Virus record (IMG/VR): IMGVR_UViG_3300044825_002550
Origin: an uncultured virus (IMG/VR IMGVR_UViG_3300044825_002550)
Lineage: Duplodnaviria > Heunggongvirae > Uroviricota > Caudoviricetes
DNA length: 20,000 nt
Direction: 5' to 3' (one strand)
Each line of letters opens with the position of its first letter. Position 1 is the first letter of the stretch. The position numbers and the translations under genes are program-made. The notes beneath the pieces are model-generated. The model was not told the DNA's origin. It saw nothing but the letters and a program-made list of their open reading frames with translations, and made no database searches. Positions 9,901 through 18,900 of this stretch are shown one piece after another.

Positions 9901-12900
9901 AACAGCAGCCACGCTTTCCAAACTGCTATTACTATACGCGAATATCAACTACAACATCTTAAACATCAAAGACCTATTGAACTAGCTTATACCTTACTAA
10001 AAGAGCTCTACGCCTCCGGAAGAATTGACCAGGCTAATACACGTATACCTTTTAGCTATACTCCTCTGGATTCTCTCCCTAAAATGTATGCTACTGTAGG
10101 TACTAACTACTCTAATTCTTCTTTAAACTTAATTAGCAGAGTCACTTCACTTCTTAAAGGCTTTACTTCTAACTCACAAACCCCTATTGGTTTAGAAGAT
10201 ATTGCTGCGAAACAATACAAAGAAACAACCAGCCAAATACCTTTTTTAGGTTACTTTTTTGATACTTTTAAAGACGTTGCTAGTTCTCTATCTGGTAACT
10301 CCTCTATCTCTAGCGGCTTGGCTTTGGCTGTTCAATCTATTCCCCTTGCTACTTTTACACTTGGCGGTATTATTGCTGTCGGCTCTCAAACTCTAACTTC
10401 TCTCTATGCTATTCAAACAGGTAATGTCCTTAAATCTACTACTAATGAACTTAACACTGTTAGAACTAACTTAGAGCAAGTTTCAAAGATAAAATTCTCC
10501 TTTGACAGTTCATCTCAAAAGTTAAAACTTAATAATACTGTTATAAACAATTCTATTACTGATGTTCTTAATGAAACTCATCTTACTTCAGGTATACAAA
10601 ATGCTCACAATTCTCTATTCAATATTGACTTTATTGATAAAGAGATACAATCAGATATACGTGATGTTTCTAGACTTAAAAACCAGCTAAATACAACTTC
10701 TGACTTGGCTTTAAAACAAACTCTAACAGACGATATTAATACAAAAGCAAAACAGTTAACTGATAAGTTAAAAACCAAACTGACTGATTTCTTAGACACA
10801 GACGTTACTATCTCTACTACTCAGACAAAAAAAGTTTATGAGTTACTAGATATAACTGATGATATGAGAAATTTATTAGAAAACAAAGTTGATAGTATTC
10901 TGACTGAACTAACCTCTATTATAGATAGTACTCAGTTAGATGAGGTTTTGGACCCTCGCATAAAAAAGGCTTTAGGTTCTGCCTTATTACAACTACAAAA
11001 GGATATATATAGTCAAGCTAATTTACCTCCTGTACAAAAACCTAATCCTCAAACTAGTAGCTTGTCTTCAACTGTAGCCCGCGCTGATAAAACTGCTTCT
11101 ATTCCTGTCAAAAATCTTAACTCTATTATTCAACAACGCGGTATTACTGGCCTTGTTTTACAATCCTCTCAAGGCGCTTTTAGTCTAGCTTCTAAATTCC
11201 AAGATTTACATGGCCCTTATGAAGTCCTCTCTGGCTTAACTTTAGCTATCTCCTCTACTAACCGTCTTCAAAAATATCAGGGTGCTTACGCTGCTTCTTC
11301 TGGCTTAATAACTACAGCCGCCGCTTTTGCGGCTATGTTGGCTATTAACAGCTTTGGTGTTAGCGCCCTTCCTCTTATGATTGCTATGGGCCTTGGTGTT
11401 TGGGGCTTTACTTCTTGGGATTCTACTTTTAATAATAAACGCTTTACTAGATCAGCTTTATCTACTATGCTTGCTATAGATAAAGCAGTATTTGACCCTG
11501 TTCGCTACGGCACGGCTAACCTTTTATATAATCTCCCTACTATACCTTTTTTAGGCCCCATTTCTCACTTTCCCTTCTCTCTGTTTGACTCTTTTCTTAA
11601 TAACATTTACTCCTCTTCTTTTGTATCCGAAAACCCTAACGTTCAAATGGGTTTATCTTTCATTTTGCCAGAAACACCTCAACGGTATGACCTCTTTAGA
11701 ATGAGTAAAGTCCCTAACTCTTATACCTTTGCAGGCCCTAGACAAGAAATCCTCTCTTACGATGAATACCTTAAAACTATTGCTAGTAACTATCAACAAA
11801 ATGTACAACGCGCAGCTTCATACAAACCTAATATAGACCCTCTTGTTCATCCTTACCTTCAAGGATCCGTTTATACAGGTAATCCATTTGTAGATGAACC
11901 CTACCTCTCCCCCTCTCGGGGAGGTGGGCGCTCTCGTCTTTTATCTAAATTTGCTAACCCCCCAGCTATCTCTAATATCCTTCGTATTGCTATTGGACTT
12001 CGATCCTCTCAATCAGACTTTGACACTTATGGCGCATCTATTTACCGCTCTTATAATAAACCTAAAAACCCTCTTATAGGTTTTGGTCAGTCCGCCTTTC
12101 TTAACGCAGCGCGCGCTGGGTTTTTTCTTAATAACAATATCTTTAGCTTCTCTACCGAAACTATTTCTAAAGCTTCTAGCTTTATATCCAAACATCTCGT
12201 TGAACCGGCTGGCTCTTTTTTTGCTTCTCTTTATAAAAACCTTTACACTCAACGCGGCGCTACTTTTTTTAACAACCACTTGTCACCGGCTATTAAAGGG
12301 TCCTCTTTAGCAACTCTCATTATAAGTGGTATTGAATTTTATAACCCTAATACTGACCCTTTATCCCAAATTGGCATTGGTGTTCTTGGCAGCACCGCTT
12401 TTACTGTTATTGCTGACCGACTCCAAAAACATCTTCGTTCTAAGGCTTTAACTCCTAATACTGTATCCTCTTCTTCCTTTTTTGGTTCTACTTTTAGCTT
12501 TTTAAAAAGACCCATAACACAAGTTTTCGGTTTAGGTTTAGGTGCTTCTCTTTTAGCTCTTGGTTTGTTTACAACCCCTCAAAATAAAAATGATAAAAAC
12601 GCTCAAACTCTAAAAAATACCCTTCAAATCTCTGGGGGTATTCTTACTGCCGCTTCTGCTGTACCTCTTAGTATACGCCTGTTTAAATCTCTTCCTTTTA
12701 AGTCTTTGCCCCCTAATATTCTTAGGTTAGCACCCCGAACCCTTTTTGGCTTGGGTGTTGGATATTTTGCCTATAAAGGGTTTAATAGTATTAATCCTAA
12801 GCAAGAGGACCAACAGTTTAATATATTAGCTTCAGGTAGTATAGGTTTAGCGTCTTCTGTTTTTAGTCCTTCTATTCTTAAACTTTTTAAAAATAATCCA

Positions 12901-15900
12901 CGTATTGGTCTTTCTCTTCTTAGCACAGGCCTATTTACTGGCGTAGCACGCCTTGCTGTAAACAGATTTAAACCACAATCAAGCGAAAATGAGCAAATTA
13001 TAACCTCTTTAGCTGTGGGGGTAGGTATTACTGCTGTAGGTAATTTAGCTTTACCCCGTTTGATGGGCCTTTTCTCTAAGTTCTCTTCTTCTTCTTCTCC
13101 AAGCTTAGCTCCTTCTAGCACCAGCACTTCTAGGTCTTCTATTTTTATTGATACCTTAAAAAAGGTTGTTAAGCCAGCACTCACTTTTGGTCGTCGCGCC
13201 GCTGGGTTTTTTAGTAACTTTATCCGCTTTTTAGGTAACCCCGCTTTACTCACTCTTATTGACTTTCAAATAACTTTTGGTAATATTGAACGTCTTAATA
13301 ATCTTGAAAAACATAAACGAGATAGAGTAAACTACCGCTCCGAGTACTCTACCGCTATCGGCGCTGCAGCAAGCTCTTTGGCATTTACTGCTTCCTATTC
13401 TGCTATCTCTAAGTTCGGCGGCTCTAATTATAAAACTCTTTTTGCTTCATTTATTATTTCAAGTATTGTTGGTCTTTTTGCTTCTCACTTAGGTAAACAA
13501 TTCGGCGACGCAGCTTACTACGAATCAAGAGGAATGCAAGATAAATATTCTAATAATTGGGCGTATAACTTCTCTAAGTTTATTTTCCCATCCTCTAAAG
13601 CTAATGCTAACGATAATAATCTTGCATCCCCTTCTTCCTATACTAAAGACGCGGTTAATAATATTCTTTTAACTACATTTGTTATTAATAATCTTTTTAA
13701 TTTATGGATGGGAGTTAGAAATTGGAAATCTGTAGCTAAAGCCTCTTCTACACTTGGCTCTACCCCCGGCCCTGTCCCCGGTGACGACGGAGATATCCCA
13801 GGTAGCTCTACTCCTCCTACGGGCCCCGGTGACGACGGAGATATCCCAGGTAGCTCTACTCCTCCTACGGGCCCCGGTGACGCCGCTGATAGCTCCCGTA
13901 GACGCTACCACCGCCGCCGCTACGGCCCCCGTAGCGCCTCTAGTAGCAGCGGTGCTAGCTTCTTTAAAAGAGCCAGTAGTCGCCCTAGTAGCAGCGGTGG
14001 CTCCGGCCCTGTCCCCGGTGATGACGCTGATAGCTCCCGTAGACGCTACCGCCGCCGCCGCTACGGCCCCCGTAGCGCCTCTAGTAGCAGCGGTGCTAGC
14101 TTCTTTAAAAGAGCCAGTAGTCGCCCTAGTAGCGGCGGTGGATCTTTCCCTGGGTTCGACGTTGGCGTTGCCCCCAAGGTCGAAGACCTTGAGTCTTTTA
14201 CTTCCTCTACTCCTAATAGTAAATTAAAGATTAAATATTTAGAAACAGATAGACTTAAAGGTACAACTATTGCGTCTCAAACTGTTAATTCTGCCGATGA
14301 AGTTTATAATAAACTAACTACTAAATACAGTTCTAGTTTGGATGGCAAACAATATGACAAGCTATCTGATATAGTTAAAGAAAAACTGACCCCTAGTGTT
14401 ATTCATGGGGGTAATGAATTTGTTACTATGGGGTATGTAGATACAACTGGTAATTACAGCGCGCTTTCTGTCTCATATCAAGATACTAAGAGTGGCAGAA
14501 TTGTAACCAAAATCTTTTACGCTGAAGGTACAGATAAATCCGTTATGGATTCTCTTATAAAAGAAAGCGGCGTAGATACTAAAAAAGACTGGCGGTCTTT
14601 TACTCACACATCCCCAGATTTTAAAACCGTTGATTTTACCCCCTCTTCCCCTCTTCAACCTTCTAGTGCACAACCTCCTACCCGTAGTATCCTAGTATTA
14701 GAAGAAGGTAAAGGTATACAAGAACTTAATAATAAGGCTTTCCAACATAGTAGTAACCTAAAACTTGGTTATGTTCATTGGATTCATAACCTATCTAGAA
14801 ATAATATAAATTTGGATATAGAAAAAAAATCCGCCGGGGCTGTTTTTTCTCCTTTAAAAGGGTTTGGTCAACAGCTTAGCTTACTTATACATCAAACTCT
14901 TCATCTAGATAGCTTTTACAAACCTTTTAGTATACCTAACACACCTAACACGGGACCACACCCCCCAAAATCGGGGGCGCCAGCTACAGCCAGTAAAACA
15001 GGTATACCGGAACCACCTCCACCCCCAAAACGGGCGCCAGCTACAACCAGTAAAACACTTATACCGGAACCACCTCCACAAGAAGTAAAAACCATACAAA
15101 GTGCTAGCAAACTGCAGCCCGGCGCTTCTATTAACATAGATAACCTTCGTATCGATGAGTTTAGTACTGGAATAAAGCTTGTCCCGGGTAAAGGGTTTGT
15201 AGGAGGTAAAGAAACAGAGTTTGTATCTGCGGGTTTTACAGGGGAATTTGAAAAGTCAACTCTAACACCGGAAGATCATTCAAAAATACTAGGACAAGGT
15301 AGTAAATTTAATGAGTCAATTTTAACCGTTAAACCCGACGCGGTAAACCAGTTAGGAATTTCATCAGAAGACAAAGTTAGCCCTATACTTACAGGCACAG
15401 TTGTAGAAATAGATGGAGAACAACGAGCTTTTCTATCTGTTTCTTCTGCCTTTAAAGACGAATCGGGTAGATCAAGCGCTGGGGCTAGAATATTTACTGC
15501 AAAAGGTGGTAATGAGTCTTTATTAGCTTTAGTAAACTATTGGGAAGAACACGGAAATCCATCTTTTGAAATGAACCCTAGTAGAGCACCACAACCTGTT
15601 TTTTACAATACTACTGTATCTTTAGATTTAGTTTCGTACTCTTCAGTCCCTAATAGTAATCTTTTAAACCCGGGTACTCTTACAGTAAAACAAGCTGCAA
15701 GTGAGAGTTTTTTACTAGCAGAGAGTACGGGTAATTTAGCTTCTTTTGAGTATAACGCTGCACCTTTAAGTTTATCAAGAATAGCCAAAGCTCAATTTAT
15801 ACAACCAATAAACACGAAATCATATCTGATTATAAGTAAGGACCAAAAAAAAGTAAAACCTATACATTACTACAAAAACTTCACAGAAATTAAGACTAGC

Positions 15901-18900
15901 TTAAATGCTATTTTAAACAGAGCAATTCCTAAAGAGCAAGACATTACATTTTTCAAGTCCGAAATTGCTAAGAATCCAAACTTAAAACAAGACATCTTAC
16001 CACTACTTGAAGATCAGGGACTAGACCAAATTAAGAAGGAGTTTAAAAAAACTACTGTTAAAAGCCAATTGGCTTTTAGTACAAAGCATATTAATTTACT
16101 ATCTTTCTATAACGAGATTACTTCAGAAACTGAATTTAAGGATTCTTATTCTGACTACGTTACAAAAGCTAACCAGAATGCTGGAGGTTTATCTAAAGAA
16201 GCTAAAGACAACGCGCGCGCTATGAAAACGTGGCAAGATACATACAATAAATTTAGCGGCGGCGGCGGCGGTCCTAGTAGTAGTACATTTACAGGCGAGT
16301 TTGGTGCTGAACAAGATCCTACGTTGTCTTGGCTAGATAACTACGATGATAGTAGGTCTATACACGCAACGCTAATACCTTTTGATTTTCAGTATTTTAA
16401 TAAACAATTTAGGTCGCTATTAAGTTTTGGAAAACAAAAGATAGCTCCTGGCATTATTTCAGTCTCTTCTTCTGCTTACTCTTTCTTCTCTGACCTATCT
16501 AAATCTTCTTTTAGCTCAATCCGTGCTGCCTCTAATAAAGTCTCTTCTATCTTTAAACCAAGTCCTCGTCTTTCTGTTTCTTACACTGCACCTCGTCCTT
16601 CTCCAACTTATAGACCCAAACCTTTTGGTGTTCTTCGCTCTCGCTCTCATAACTTATTTAGACGATTCTATAGACCTACTCCTTCCGTCCCTAAAGCTCC
16701 TCCTACTCCTAACTCTAATATTAGTATTCAAAAAGGTGGTGTATTAACTGGGCTAAGTATTTTTGCTCTTAGTACCCTTCTTATAAACGACAAAGACCAA
16801 AACTCTCAAGCTCTTAGAACAACCCTTCAAATAGGTGGCGGCATGTTAGCTGTTACTTCTCTTTTAGCTCCGCTTTTGCAAAATAAGTATGTGCAACGGT
16901 CTTTAGACTCTGTAGGCTATCTTTTCTTTGTTCATAACACTCTTCAAACTATCTCTTCTGTTCTTACTCTTAATAGAGAAGTCTCCTTAAAAAATGATAA
17001 CCCTCTTGTTTCAACTTATCGCCGTTTGGGTTTATTAGACCCACACAATGATTCTTATTATTATGATATCAAATCAGCTTCTAGAAGAATGGGGTCTACT
17101 TTAGTAGATATTATGGCTAGAGGTATAGACTCTATATTCTACCCAGCTAACTTTTTTCTAGGTATAGCTGTATCTTCATTAACTTCTTATTTTAGTGGAC
17201 CTGTAAAAGCTTTAGTAGGAGATTACCTAGAAAGTGAAATGCTTAAACATGGTATGTACAACGCTACCCCCCGAGCCCTTGCTAATTTATCCAAAGAAGC
17301 CGGTGAGGGCGCAATGGCAGGTGGCGCTATAGGGGCCGCCGCTAGTGTTTTAGCTCTTCTTGGACTAGGCGCCGCTAGTGCTTTGTCCGGCGGTACTGCT
17401 CTTCCTGCTACTGTCCCTGTTATGTTAGGTATTGTTGGTGGTAGCACTGCTGTAGGCGCCGGTAGTGGTTTTCTAATTAACTTCCATGCTGGCACTAATC
17501 GCTATAGCCAACAACGACGCATTTCCAGACTTAGATCTTATGCTATTCAAAACGCTATCGCTAGCTCCTACGCCTCTAATTCCGCTTCTAGTTCAGATAT
17601 CTACGATAATCAAGGTTTAGACCCCCAATTCTATCCGGGTAGTATCTCTTTTTCTAATTATGGACATAAGGATCCGTCCGGAGGTAATAAGGATCAGCAA
17701 TACAACATAAGCTCTTTTGCAGAAGCTTATCCCCACCATGCTGTATTTAGAAGAAAGCGCAGTCAATCTCTTTTTTATGTAAACAGCCGAGGTGAAAAAG
17801 TACCTCATGAAGTACAAGAACATATAGGACCAGACGGTACTACACGCGAATTTGTAAAGCTAGATATTACTCTTCGTAAGGGCGGCCGTATGATAGGTGT
17901 TGAATTGCCTAGCTTTGCTACTGGTTATGCAAAAGTAGTCAGTGCGGGTAAAAACTCTTATGTGAGTATATATAAAGATCGGGAGATGACAAAATTTCTA
18001 GGTAGGGCGATACATATACGAGCTACAGTACGTACAGGGCAAAAGGTTTTCTTTGGGCAGATAATAGGTACACAATATCCAGATGGGGATAACACTCATA
18101 CTGACTTAACTCTTTTACCAGAAACTTATGACCGCTATTTTAAGGCTTTAAAAACTGGAAATTGGGGTAATAACTTACCCCCCGCTCTAATTCCACCACC
18201 TTCTGCACAACCTCAAAACCAATCTACTTCAACTGTTACTCAAGGACGTAACCTTTTAACACCAGAACTATATAATAGGCTTACACCTAAAGGTAAGCTG
18301 TATTACGACAATCTTAGAACTAATCCGGCTATACTTGCCCTTGCAGATGCTGTAGCGCGCGCGGAGGGGACCGATTTTAGGAATAACTCTGTAAATTTTG
18401 GATATGGATATATTATTGGGGGCTCTAACATTGAACTATCTAAACTTAATAATATACAACACCCTTTTGTAGCTCCAGCTGGGCATACTCCTTTACGACG
18501 TAGAGCGGACCACCTGTCTACGGCATCGGGTAGATATCAAGCTTTAGATTTTGTTTATGCAAGAGTAGCAAGTATGAACCATAATGCCCCAGACTTAGCT
18601 AAAATGTTTGAAGGTGTAGACCGCCGCATACCTATAAACTCTTTTTCTCCAGGTGTCCAAGATTTAATGTTTATTTACTCTCTTGAAAAGCGGGGTATAC
18701 TACAGGATGTAATTGATGGAAACTTCTCAGAGGCTGTTCTTGATAAACTATCCAGAGAATATACTAGTATTACTATTACTAGAAATTATGGGGGGCATGG
18801 AACTCCTGAAGGTAGGAAAAATAATTTCATTAGGTTCTTAATGGACAGATACAGAATTCGTCAAGCAGAACAGCTTAGGTCTAAAACACCAAATACTAAT

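Noticed and set aside
13754..14227. 157-aa overlapping + strand ORF (and 13702-13911 on the - strand) as an overprinted gene
   Set aside because: Confined to the GC-rich duplicated island, where stops are naturally scarce; the + strand ORF has a non-ATG start and no RBS. Best explained as a by-product of the repeats.
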